DNA from: Oikopleura dioica
Taxonomy: Eukaryota > Animalia > Chordata
Direction of reading: 5' to 3'
DNA: 64,000 nt
Assembly: GCA_907165135.1 (NCBI GenBank)
Contig: OU015568.1
Span: forward strand, 10,974,001 to 11,038,000
In this document: one piece after another, positions 37,370 through 50,816 of the stretch
Layout of the letters: each line of letters opens with the position of its first letter
Position numbering within the stretch: the first letter of the stretch is position 1
Made by a program: the position numbers and the translations under genes
The notes under the pieces: model-generated
What the model saw: only the letters and a program-made list of their open reading frames with translations
Databases searched by the model: none
Told to the model about the DNA's origin: nothing

Positions 37370-38865
37370 ATGAGAGAATATCACTACAGAAAACCAAGAA
37401 GCTACAGTAGTAAAAGTGTTACGTTAAGAAATCGCCTCATCGCCCTCCTGGCAGCTATTGCTTTGGTCGTCTACGGACTCTCTGGTGGATTTTCAAGCTC
37501 CTCAAGTGCATCTGGAACTTCTAATGGAGGAAATGTTGCCGATCCAAATATCTTTTACACAATCGTCTTTGATGCGGGCTCGTCTGGATCAAGAATCCAT
37601 GTTTATCAATTCACGAGGAAAAACGGAAAACTGGAAATGCTTTACGAGCTTTTTGAGCAAGTGAAACCTGGCCTTTCTTCCTACGCTGCTGATGTTAATG
37701 GTATTCATCGGCAATTTTACAATTTATGATAATTAATAAGGCGCTGTCAAATCCATCGATGACCTCCTTACACACGCAAAGAACTACATTCCAAAAGAAA
37801 ATTGGGCCGACACTCCGCTTGATCTAAAAGCTACTGCTGGTCTCCGCCTTCTTCCAGAAGCTCAAGCCAACGCGATCATCGACGGTGTCACTAAGCTCTT
37901 ACGAGACTCTCCCTTCAAAGGTTAACAGGTCTGATCAAGACTGAATTCAAATAAATATTTCAGTCGGCGCAAATGGTGTTGAAATCATGGCCGGATCAGA
38001 CGAAGGTGTCTTCGCCTGGATGACCGTCAATTTCCTCCTAGGAGCTCTTGGTGGAAGTGGTATTCAAAACACTAAGCCTACCATTGATCTTGGTGGCGGA
38101 TCCATGCAGCTCACGTTCCATCCTAAGGTTCGGCTAAATTAATTTTTCAGTGATTGCAATAAGTTTAGTCTGCGTCTACTGTTGAGGCAGCTCCAGAAGG
38201 TTATGTTATCAAGAAAACACTCTTTGGAGAAGAATTCGACATCTACTCTCATTCATACCTTGGTCTCGGTCTCAATTCCGCCCGAGAAAAGCTCTTTGGA
38301 GGTCCTCCACCAGAGAAAACCCAAGTCACTCAGGTAAAAATCATCGAAAATGACAATCCCCGAATCCATTTTAGGCTCAATCACCATGTTTTCCAAGCGG
38401 CAAACATATCGAGTACACAAATGCTGGCAGTACTTATTCCATCTCCGGCGACGAAGGCGGCTTCCAAGGATGTCTCGGCATGGCACGAGCAGCAGTGAAT
38501 AGCTTCGCGGTTGATAAGCCAAAGGAAATCCTAAACGAAGACATCTATGCATTTTCATACTACTTCGACAAAGCTGCTGACGCCGGCCTGATCGATGAGA
38601 GCAAAGGAGGAAAGCTGAAAGTGGGTGATTACTCGAAAGCGGCTGAGCACGCCTGTGCAAATCATGACAAAGGTATGACAGCTCTATAACTTCCAGACCC
38701 TTTATTTATTGTTTTCTAGACGAGTGGCTTTGCACTGACTTGTCATTGATCACCGCTCTTTTGGAAAGCCTGGGTCTGCCCGAGGATCAAACTCTCCAAG
38801 TCTACAAAAAGATCAACGGTGGCGAAACCGCCTGGGCTCTTGGAGACGCTTTCCAGCTTATTTAG
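37370..38865 (+). CDS. Ectonucleoside diphosphatase ENTPD5/6-like (type II TM)
   Basis: Apyrase conserved regions [38 protein letters not shown]. Confidence 0.9.
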
Positions 38866-39598
38866 AATCCAGAACTTGTAAACATTAGTCAGTTTCTTAC
38901 CAGCAACATTCAAAACGATGCAATACGAAAAAATACCGCCAAGATGCAAAATATCGACAAAAAATTAGAAAATATTTGCTTTAACTTTCTTCATCATCTT
39001 CACGCCTCTGTTATATAATAAACGAACAAGTATATTCATAAGAAAATGTCTATTTTTCAACCCTAAAGAAAATAGAAACATCTAATGAAGCAGTCAAAAA
39101 TCAATCCGAAAATGATGATCTTCCTAAATAAGGAATAACTGCCAGTATTTTTAATTCGGTATGTATCCATGAAAATACCAAAACAAGCATGATTATTAAT
39201 GATCTTCGTAAAGATAAAATGCATTTGGAAAGAAAAGGGTTCAACTGTGAACAAGAGGATAAAAACAAGGGCGGTTTGAGAATGATGCTGTTTACACGAC
39301 TCCCAACCTTGAGAATCAGAATGAGCGAGTGAGCTCTGCCCGTGATAAGTCTTCCTCTTATCACTCTTCTAATTTGGTAATTCAAGAGTTACCGAGTTCT
39401 ATCGCTACGATTGACACAAGTTCCGAAATAGCCACATTTCGACAATAAAAATTAACAGAGCGCAGCAGACTGAAACATCCTCTTTTGGAAAGTTTTTTTC
39501 ATTCAAAGAATTTTCCCGACAGAAAAAGAGACTTTCTCAGCGAATACCTGTCTGTAACTAGAACTGTGAAGAGACCAAGGGGGCAAAAAAACGAACAC

Positions 39599-40184
39599 AT
39601 GTCAGAAGCGACGCTAGCAGAGATGTCAGAAAAAAATATTCTTGCCTTTGGCCTGAAACTGTATCACACAGTCGAGCAATATCGGAAAAGTCTGCTTAGA
39701 TTTTTCATGCTCAGCTATGTTTTGCTTTCTGTGGCAGGGATTTACTGGCTGCGGCCTAGGTATATTGGTAAGACTTGCTTTTGCTGACAGAAGCGTCTCC
39801 AAGGTGCTACTTCAGTTTTTAGGACGTCTTTGTCTTTGGATTTTTTTAATGTTGCTGATTCTAAGTTTAGGACTAATGATGCTTGGGATCGGAGTTTGTC
39901 TATACGTCCTTTCGGAAAAAATCTTCTTCACCATTTTTCGAACACGGCCGCTTCCACGAAGAACAACTCAAAGACACTCCACCATCGTCTCAGTGGAAAC
40001 ACCCCTTCCACCCGTCAAACGACCCTCAATGAAACTACTGAAGCCAACGCTCGAGTCCATTCTGGAAAGTCAGGAGCTCATCGTGACGAAAAAACGTGAG
40101 AGTTGGCACTTTGAACCTTTCGAAAGCGTCCTGAGCATACAAGAAACATGTGAGGACACGGCTGGATTTGATGTCGAAGTATGA
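39599..40184 (+). CDS. Small uncharacterised two-TM protein
   Basis: A gtaag...ttttag intron joins the two ORFs in frame (YI G|RLCLW); two hydrophobic stretches. Confidence 0.5.
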
Positions 40185-41105
40185 AAATTGTACCTTGAAG
40201 AATTCTGCTGTCGCGAAGCTGTAAACAAATAAATGTGATACTGAAATTATGAAATTTATATTAAAATTCAGTATTTTGATGTTGTCTATAAGAACATGTT
40301 GCGGTACATTCTTGAAGTTAAAATAAGTCTGTGATCGTTTGATAATCTTCAGAACTATACCTAACTAAAATTGAAGGTGACCCTTGAAAACAAGCCAGAC
40401 AGGTTCAAAGACGTCTTACAGTATTATGACGAGTCTTTAGCGTAAGAATTGGCGAGATTTCCTTCCCGTCTTCAAAAAAGAAAAACAAGAATTGCCCGCT
40501 CTTTTCCCCGTTTTCATTTCGGAATATCTCAGATCTCCCTCTTTCGCGAGAACCTGTCTGAACCGATCTCCGCCGGTTACGCCAATTCCAACTGTAAAAA
40601 TGTGAGTATTGATTGGCGCGTCGTGCGTGGGTTGAAGCTGGTCAGCACCCCCTGCTAGGGCAGACCGAGCTCGAAAACAAATTTCAGAACAAAATACACC
40701 AAGGGCGGCTTTTTGAAAAAGGCCGACTCCAGAAAACGAACTGACAGAGAATTTTTTCCTCTTTTTTTGAGCGTTTCAAAGGTAACAAACTTTTAAAAAG
40801 AAAAGAACCTAAAATTCAAGTTAGTAATTCTTCCAGCTGTAGAAAATTTAAGTTGAATTTATTCAAAAATGAAGTTCGTTAAAAATCAACAGAAAATATT
40901 TTCCTTGGGCTTTTTTTAGTCTAACAAGGTTTGAACAACCGGTAATTTTTGTTACGCAACAGCAGTTCTATAAGATTCGAGAGCAAACTCAGGTCACGCG
41001 CAAATCCCATGATATTTTCAAATATCAGGAAATCTTTTCGCTAAATCTTCTTGTTTTTTTTTATCGCTACCTTCAAATCAATCAAAGCATGAATTCAGTT
41101 GAACA

Positions 41106-42370
<1,265 letters not shown>

Positions 42371-43288
42371 ATCAAACTCGACTGATCCTGCCACAATCAA
42401 CACTCATGAACCCAGCTCTTCTCCATCATCCGAAACTCCTTCAGGCGACCGCTTTCGGTCGAAGTTATTTTCATTACACTTTCCGTTCTTTCTTTTCAGT
42501 GCTCAACATGTATGCAGAGAACTAGCTCAGCAATTTTCTTGATTTTATATTCTTAGCCTATCCGAAATTTTCTGTCAGTTCCACTTCAATTCTTTTATTC
42601 ATTGGAAAGTTAATAAAAAAGAAATTCAAGTTCAAGCCATCTTCATTAAAATGCAATTGCATCGATCTTCAAAAAGGAAAGTGACGGAATTTTCCATCTG
42701 ATCCGATTCCGCCGGATCATCAGCAGTAAACTCTGTAATAGCGATTATGGCGTAGAGCAAATTTGCATAGTCAAGCGAATATTCGCCGCTTTCCCTTTTC
42801 ATTCTTGAGTCATTTGTGAGGTTGCTTACCCCTTTCAACCATCGTCATAATAAAAATGTCAAGGAGTCCTTAGTATGGGGTACTGAACGCTCTGAGTCCA
42901 GTGAGGGGCAAATATCTTGCCACAAAAGCAACAAAAGAAAAACGATATTTGAAGGTTATTCATGAACAAAGCATACCGCTGTCTTGCAGACTTGGTGCCC
43001 TTGACTTCTGCTATTCTGCGAATCGTTGGATAGACTCCAAAATGGTTTTGTGACCGAGCATTTTTCGCGAGTTTTTCACGTTTCGAACACTAAATTTAGT
43101 AAATCTTCTTGTTTGCGAGAAAACACTAATGGAAAGAGAAATGACGCTAGAAATATTTCACTAAGGGCACTATTTGCGATTGTCGACTTATCCCCTCGTC
43201 GAAAGGGAAAAGTTTTCCCTTGCGCGCTCAGTTTTTGGTGGTCATTTATCAAAGAACAGAAAAACCGACGAGAGAACATCTATAAAAA

Positions 43289-46200
43289 ATGAGACTTCCG
43301 ACTGACCTGACAGTAGTAGATTCTATCAAAGCTGTGATAGAAGACAATTTGAAGGAAGATAAAGATGAATTCATCGAACGAACTGCTGTTACATTGAAAA
43401 AAGACTTTTTTCACGAGCTTTACAAAGAACTTTCGTATGATGTCCACGACTCTTCCGGTAAGAATTCTTCTTCACTACGTTTAGATAAAGTCTTCAGTAG
43501 TCTTTAGCAACAAAATTTACAGAAAGACACTATTTTTAAAGCAAGTAAACAGGAGGGGGTGTCTTTACTGTCTTTGTAACTGTGTATTCTTGAAATTGTA
43601 TCACTGTCTTTGTATCAGTGTAATTTCGACCCTTTTGTATCACTGTCTTATGGTATCATTGTAGTTGTATCTCTGTAGCCGATTTTTTTGGCTACAATTT
43701 TACAAAAGACAGTGATACAATCGCGAAAAATTTTGAATGGGGATTTTTTTTTCAAAATTTTTTTTTTGGTCATTTTTTTTTTATTTTTTCATTTTTTAAT
43801 AAAAAAAATACAAAAATACAATTTATTTTCTTATACAAATATTATATAATGCGCGCGGCAATCCCTATTTTACAATTTGAATGAACTTAATTTAAAAAAA
43901 AATATATTAAATTTCCTATTATTTTCTTATACAAAAATTATATAATGCGCGCGGCGCGCGCAATCCCTCTAATCTATTCCCCAAATCCTGTATAAAATGG
44001 AGGGACTATATTTTGGTAGCTAGGGGCGGGGCGGGGGAAGATTCCACAAGGGCTAATTAAAAACGCCCTATATAGCGATTTTACGCTTTTTTCTCGTACG
44101 GATGAATTATTCACTGTAATCTAAAAAATGGATGAAGCTTCGAACGTGAGTTTCCATCCAGTTTTTTTTGTGTTTTAACTCGCCCCAGTTTTGACGACTC
44201 TGGCGAGGCCTATCCCATTTTCTGGCATAAGCGGTGCCAATCCACATTTTTACAATTCAAATGAATTATGTTTCAAAAATACTTTTAATCATCTATTATT
44301 TTCTTATACAATAGTTATTTAATGCGCGCGGCGCGCGCAATCCCTAGAATTCATGTTGAAGCAAGGAAGCAAGCTTGTTTGCCAGATCAAACTGCTTTTC
44401 CCACGGTTGATTGAGATAACTTTCATCCACGAGCTGGATGAACGCTTCTGGTGCGCGATAAATGTAAATGTAGGAGAGCATAATCTTCGCAGCATGCTTC
44501 GACTCCCCATCGTTCGAGCCTAGTTCCGTCCACAGCGTTCTGATAATATCTCGGTGATGCGTTGACAGAATAAGTGATTCTGGAAGAGCGCGCAAATTTT
44601 AAAAAGTAAATGCCCAAATTGTTCAGCAACTTCTCCAAAAAGCTGGAACACGATTGTAGATGCTTCCGTATCGCCGCAGATATCTATCTTTTTCTTGAAG
44701 AAAATGTCCCAAATAAGCTCGTTTATTAGTGCTAACGTTGATGAGTGCCGATCCGAAATCGTGATTTCTGTTTTTAGCTGCTTTAGTGTTCGCAGGCAAA
44801 TGTTGAGCAGCACAACTGGCGGGAGACTTGACGAGGTGATTTTAATTTGATTGTTCATTACAGAAAACATTGTATGAATCTGTGATTCTGTTGTTTCTGC
44901 GCTGTCCAATGCTTTTTCGAAGATCTTCTGTATGAAAAGAAGAGGGATGAAAACTGAAAGCCTGTTTACCGCAACTAAGTACTTTAGCGCCGTTGCTATG
45001 CTTGTGGACTGGAGAAATGACCAAATCTCGACAAGGGAAAATGGCATGCTTACCAAGTCAGTGTCGAATAACTTCCATAGTCTATGGACCATATGAATTC
45101 ATCTCGATTCTTTACCTTTATGAACATCCGGTAAAACGGATTCCTCGACTCCAACATTCGTCATCGTTAGAGCAAGGCCTTTTTCTTTCTCCCGGTTTGC
45201 TGTAAGATAAAACGTTTCATTGCCCACTTTGACAGTAATTTCCGTCTGCTCGTTCTTATAGTCTTTCATCAAGGAAGCCAGGAAGTGGCTGGCAACGTAA
45301 TTATAAACTCGGTAAGCTTCACCGGCCAACTTCGGACTCAGAGCAACTTCGTTGAGGAGTGATTGGGGGATGGTCGCCTTTGTCTTCTTCTTTTCTAGGG
45401 TTTTTTGGGAGAAGAGCCAGTAAGTAACTCTTGAGCAGCGGCAGAATGAGGGCCGAAATTCTGCAGCATTGAAATTACAGGACGAAAGTCGAAGTTTGGA
45501 GAGTATGAGGTGGTTTCTCTTCGAGGGTAGGAAATGTAACCCTTTTGAGAGATCAAAACAGACATTATTTTATGATAAATAGAGGATGAGTCTTTGGAGG
45601 AGTCAGTTTTCTTTTAATCTTTCTGTCTCTTTCCTGTGCATAAATCCTCTCAGCACTGACCATCGTCTGAGCAGGCCCGATTCCCAACTTGGCCGAGCAA
45701 ACCCTCAACAGCTCGACTGTATTCAACGCAACTGGTCTTTGTTTCGCTTTCGCTTTCTTTTTTTCACTTTGGACAATCGCAGATTTGATATTCTTCACTT
45801 TGCTATGGAGCATATCCGCGATGCCTTGGTCAAAAATTCGCCCTCGTTGCCATTCCGCATATAAGTTTCCGAAATTTTCTGTCTGCACGGCTAAATTTAT
45901 TCTCCAGAATTTCTCCAGCTTGACTTCCGTGATTTGATTGTGTCGCTCGACGCAGAATCCAAGGGTTGAAGTTTGACAAGGCCCGTATGAAGAATTTCGT
46001 CTGAAATCGAGTGAATGCACAGCCGATACGAACGTCTAGTTCTTGTCGAGCATCGACAGAGAGGGACTCGAGTTTGTTGGAAGAGCCGAGATTGTTCATT
46101 GCTTTTTTGATGTCTTTGTCGGTACTGGCGGAGAAATGGGCTCTTTTGACGCTGTTTCCACGAATGTGAGGGATGCAGCACATCACTTCAAACAGATATT

Positions 46201-49200
46201 TTCTCCCTCTCTATCACAATCCAGCCACAAAACCAACTCATCGCAGCTGGAAGACTGCGTCTTCAGATGCTTTCTCATGTGCATTTTTGGATTTGCCTCG
46301 TCCTTATCTAAATTGTCAATGAGGCTCGCATCGTCTTCGTTGAGGTCCCACGCAATTTTCGGCGGGCATTGAAAATGTAAATCTTCGACTTTCCTAAGGT
46401 TAAAACATTCTTTGCAGTATCTTACAGCGCGTGGGTACTGATAAATCGTGTACGAGCTTTGGGTTTCTTCATTAAAATTGGAGAGATTAGAATGTTGAGT
46501 ACTAGAGCATTCTCGATTCTCACAATAGCGCGCTAAGTTTTAAATATGGCTAAAACAGCCATATTTTGGCTTCAGAGTGTGCGTAGAAGTTAACTAAATC
46601 ATAAAAACTTGTTAGGTCCTAACCTGTTAGGTTCCTAAGGAACACTTTTTGACCAATAAAAATCTAAATTTTCAGCAAAATTGGGTCTTTTTCGAAATTT
46701 TTCGTCAAAAAGTCCAATTTTCAAATGCGGGTGTTAGAGTCGAGATAGACCTCCAAAAAATTCGACATCTGGCTGAAGAGAATATCCCTCTTGACTCTCT
46801 AGATACCGCCTTCATAATTGACAACGAAGGTGCTTTGCAATGGGGAAACGCTCGGTTCGTGTACCAATTGGTATTCGAATACCAATTTTGGTATTCGAAT
46901 ACCAAATCTCCTCGAAAATTCAAAATTTGGTGCACCCAAAGAGTGCCTATGCGCTTTTGGTACACGAATCGAGCGTCCCCGTTGCAATGCAAAGTTTGCA
47001 TCTTATTGGAAATGTTGGAGATAGTCCAAATCACTGTCAGAATCTTGCTCGATGACCAAAAGATGAAAGAACAAAGGGTTAGAGAGCTTGTGTATCACTG
47101 TAATGAAGAAGATGCCCCTATTCATGCGAAAGAACTAGCTCATTTTAGATGAGCCAGGGGATCCGGAAGTCAAACATTCACTAAAGGAGACGCATGACAC
47201 GTCTGCGGCCAGACTACTGTAGTGAGCTTACTCTTGAGCGAGATGTTCTCAGTGCGTCCACGAATAAAGGAATGGATAGACAACGCAAATCCCGATAACC
47301 ACTTTCAAAAGTCATCCATGGATAGCAATAAAGGCGAAGCGTGAAACCCACCTAATTCAAGTTCGAAAAACTTTTGGAATCATACACTCGAGCATCGGTC
47401 CATTCCGCGTGAACGTCGATAAAAAGAAAACAAGCCAGACAGATGCTATACTCCGTGAAATTCGGGAAATTAGGCTTCTGCAAGAAGAAATTATCTTCTC
47501 GTTGATTCTCTTCCTCCTGTTTTGTAGAAAATCAAAACTTGTTCATTTTGGATAAAATTCATTTGAATTGTTAAAATAGGGACTGCGCGCGCCGCGCGCA
47601 TTAAATTGTAATAGTATAAGAAAATAAATTGTAATTTTTAGAAAATAAAGAAAAAATGTCTAAAATGAAGAAATTCAGAATAAATTTGGCCCTTTCAAGC
47701 CTATTCAAAATTTTTCGCTATTGTATTACTGTCATTATGGCAAATCAAATCCTCCAAAATGACCTATTCTGCCTGAAAATGGGAAAGGCCTCGTTAGAGT
47801 CGTCAAAATGGGGGCGGCTTATAAGAACAAAAAATTGGATGGAAACTCACGTTCAAAGTTCCATCCATTTTTGGAGGATACAATGAATAATTCATATGTA
47901 TGAGGAAAAAAGTCGAAAATCGCTATAAAGGGCATTATTAAAAAGCCCCTGTGGAATCTACCCCCGCCCCGCCCCTAGCTTCCAAAATATTGTCCCCCCT
48001 AATTAACAAATATTTGGCGGTTAGAAATTCATCCTTTTTTTAGGTTTCAGAGAAAAAATACACAAGTACAAGAAAAAAAACGCAAAATCGCTATATAGGG
48101 CGTTTTTAATTAGCCCTTGTGGAATCTTCCCCCGCCCCGCCCCTAGCTACCAAAATATAGTCCTTCCATTTTATATAGGATTAAGGGAATAGATAAGAGG
48201 GATTGCGCGCGCCGCGCGCATTATATAATTCTTGTATAAGAAAATATTAGATAATTTTATATATTTTTTTAATTTTGTTCAATAGAATTATTTAAAAAAA
48301 TAGGGATTGCGCGCGCCGCGCGCATTATATAATTTTTGTATAAGAAAATTAATTGTAATTTTGTATTTTTTTATTTAAAAAAAAATAAAAAAAATGACCA
48401 AAAAAAAAATAATATTGAAATTATTTTCCCATTTTAAATTTTTTGCCGTTGTATCACTGTCTTTGTACTTGTGTATTATGGTATCACTGTAGTTTGTAAA
48501 ATTGTACTATCGGCTACAGAGAAATTATGACAGTGATACCAAGCAATACAGAATTACAAAGACAGTGATACAATTTTAGGAATACATTGTTACCGTTACA
48601 ATAAAGAGACCCCGTCGTAAACAGCTCATTTAAAAAAATGTCTGTCAGAAGCGGTCGAAAGCAGATTTTCTTTCAATGACTACCAAGTAAATATGTAGTC
48701 ACGGACTTCATAACGGAAATTACTGCCCATAAATGATTCGCGAAGAAGATTCCTGAAGTTCAAGACTTGAACTGTTTACGTTGTGTAATCGTTCTTTTAC
48801 TAGAAAAATCGGAGAACGAAAAGAAAACCCAGCACGTGCTCATCGACTTCATTGAAACCTTCAAACCATTGATATTGGGGAAAGAAAGCTGGCTTTCAGA
48901 AGAACTTCTGGGTACCGAATTATGGTCTCATCTGACGACACCAGCTAAGGTAATCAAAAAGGGAAAAATTTAATGGATAATAATTAAATTTTATAGGGAA
49001 AGACAACGCGAGGAAGGATGCGCCAGTTTAAGACTTATAAAAAGGATACTATAGGAACTGGTTCGTGAAAGCTCACAAATTCGATTATTAAAATTTCACC
49101 TTGTTCTCATACTACCGGGTCATGATAATGAAACGCTATAAAAATTTATCCTTGAGAAAATTTTTGAGAAAAAAAAATCTATAACGAGATCAAAATTTAT

Positions 49201-50816
49201 TTTCATCCTTTGAAGGATAGCATCAATTTTATTATTTGCTTTACACACCTTCGGCAAGCTGATTTCTTAGGGTGTCCCTTGACTTGTTATCTGTTGAAAA
49301 GCTTTGACTCGCTAACCATTTGAAAGTCGAACTTATAAGCGTGATCAGAAACCTCCAACTTCATTTTGAAGAGCAGCCCCTTCGCATCCGCAAAATTCTT
49401 CTCAACTCAAAATGTCCAGATGATGATGTGACCCTCTCTTCCGCCGATTCACTTACGAAGTATTTCAACTTCTGGGAAAAGAAATTTCCTAGTTTCCTCG
49501 AAAATCTATACACTGTATTTTCGATGTTGAAGCTGTCGTCTCTCAAAACCTTTTACGGTAAAATGGATAACGATGAGGAATTGAACGACATCGATGCCAC
49601 TGTCAATAGCAAAAATTACAACGAAAAATTCCACAGTGATGATTCTGGAATCGAATCAAGGCAACGGGGCTGAAAACTTAAAAGATATTACAGGCGTTGA
49701 ACGTAAAAATTCATGACCAACTACCCTTTTCCTATGAGCTCAAGGTTATGAGCTCAAAAGTACATTTTTATTACAGGGAGGTAGGGTACATTTTTTATGG
49801 CACAACAGAAAGCTTTTTAGGAGCTTTTGAATGAGCCTAGTCTCGTCCCAGTAAGAAAAGAGGTAGGAGGAAATCATTTTTTCCCTCTTAGGAGTGAATA
49901 TGATATAGGAAAATTTCAGCCCTAGAAGTCAGTCTCTCGAAGACATTCATTCAATAGACTCGTTTCATTCATCATCCACAGACTCATTTCAACCTGCTCA
50001 ACTGGACTCACTAATCCATAAATTCGAGAAATCATTGAAAGCTCTTCATACCGAAGAGGAACACCCTAGCGATTTTCAAGAGCAGTTTGATATTTGGAAA
50101 GCAAAAATAAGGCAAAACTGCTTCAGTCCATCGAAAATGGAGGAGAGAAATCGACCAAGAAACATTATCCCTCAGGTGGCTATCCAAAGGTAAAAAACGT
50201 TGACTAGTTGTAGTTTTATTCGAATTTTTTGAAGATATGAGCAGACCAGGCAGGGTAATCGGCTCACTGACGAAGGGACTCTTTCTGAGAACAAAAGTCT
50301 TGCTGTGGGCCATGGCTGCTACTTGTCGTTTGAAAAGAACCGACTGATGATGCTAGCAGACTCGCATCCTCTCATTTATTTTGTCAGGCATGACAATCAA
50401 GTTATTGGCAACTCTTCGATAGATGTTGGCTTCAAGAACACTGTTGGTAAGTCTTCTTAAAATTTTTGATATCAACGAGGATAATCATATATTTTAGCCC
50501 TCTTCCCGGACGACAATCAACTTGAACTAATCTTCAAAAACGCCGCAAAACCAAATGAAGGACCCATCCAAATCTTTATCACGAAAAATCAGTAGCGAGC
50601 ATATGCCCCCCCTAAGTAAGCCCCAAAAGAAGTCAACTTATTTGTGATTTCTGGATATAATCATATACTTTAGCCTTCTTCCGGGACGACAATCAACTTG
50701 ACGATGTCTTCTCAATGAAACTAAATGAAGGGGCCATCGAAATCTTTATCACCAAAATCAGAAGAGAACATGTCTTGAACTTAGTAAACTCGCTGCCAAA
50801 CAATAACGTTTTTAAT
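43289..50816 (+). CDS. Uncharacterised gene or pseudogene whose first intron hosts the 5-kb element
   Basis: Exon ending TCC G|gtaag (~43458) joins in frame to gaag|TT CAA GAC TTG AAC (~48760); later exons at 49320-49558 and 50300-50800; in-frame stops near 49055 and 49307 suggest decay or mis-read boundaries. Confidence 0.35.
44344..45092 (-). pseudogene. Frameshifted fragment of an unidentified helical protein inside the element
   Basis: ORF 44520-45092 continues in another frame (44344-44595) and ends at the left TIR. Confidence 0.45.
45100..46480 (-). pseudogene. TOP3B: Decayed, C-terminally truncated DNA topoisomerase III-beta copy
   Basis: EANPKMHM...LWLDCDREGENIC, SVDARQELDVRIGCAFTRFQTK, SYGPCQTSTLGFCVERH, QRPVALNTVELLR, GYISYPRRET, GDHPPITP; frameshifts near 46190, 45990, 45400 and 45325. 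Confidence 0.9.
46700..47520 (+). pseudogene. Unidentified coding-like fragment inside the element
   Basis: ORF 46649-47152 followed by a stop-interrupted coding-like continuation up to the right TIR. Confidence 0.35.
46843..46981. mobile_element. 139-bp MITE with 8-bp TSD
   Basis: TTGCAATG at 46835-46842 and 46982-46989; TIRs ...ACGCTCGGTTCGTGTACCAA / TTGGTACACGAATCGAGCGT... Confidence 0.8.

Larger units (their letters stand above)
43553..48616. mobile_element. Long-TIR foldback/MULE-like non-autonomous element carrying captured gene fragments
   Basis: Termini GAGGGGGTGTCTTTA / rc GACGGGGTCTCTTTA; GTAAACAG at 43545-43552 and 48617-48624; ~0.8-1.0 kb imperfect inverted arms with internal repeats. 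Confidence 0.88.

Noticed and set aside
43521-43552. Weak inverted similarity extending outside the 5-kb element (agacac...ttttaaa versus tttaaaaaaatgtct)
   Set aside because: The exact 8-bp direct repeat and matching G/C termini define the ends at 43553 and 48616; the outer match is short and AT-rich
43553-48616. Polinton/Maverick or autonomous transposon
   Set aside because: Too short, no AG-repeat termini, and no integrase, polymerase or DDE transposase motifs recognised
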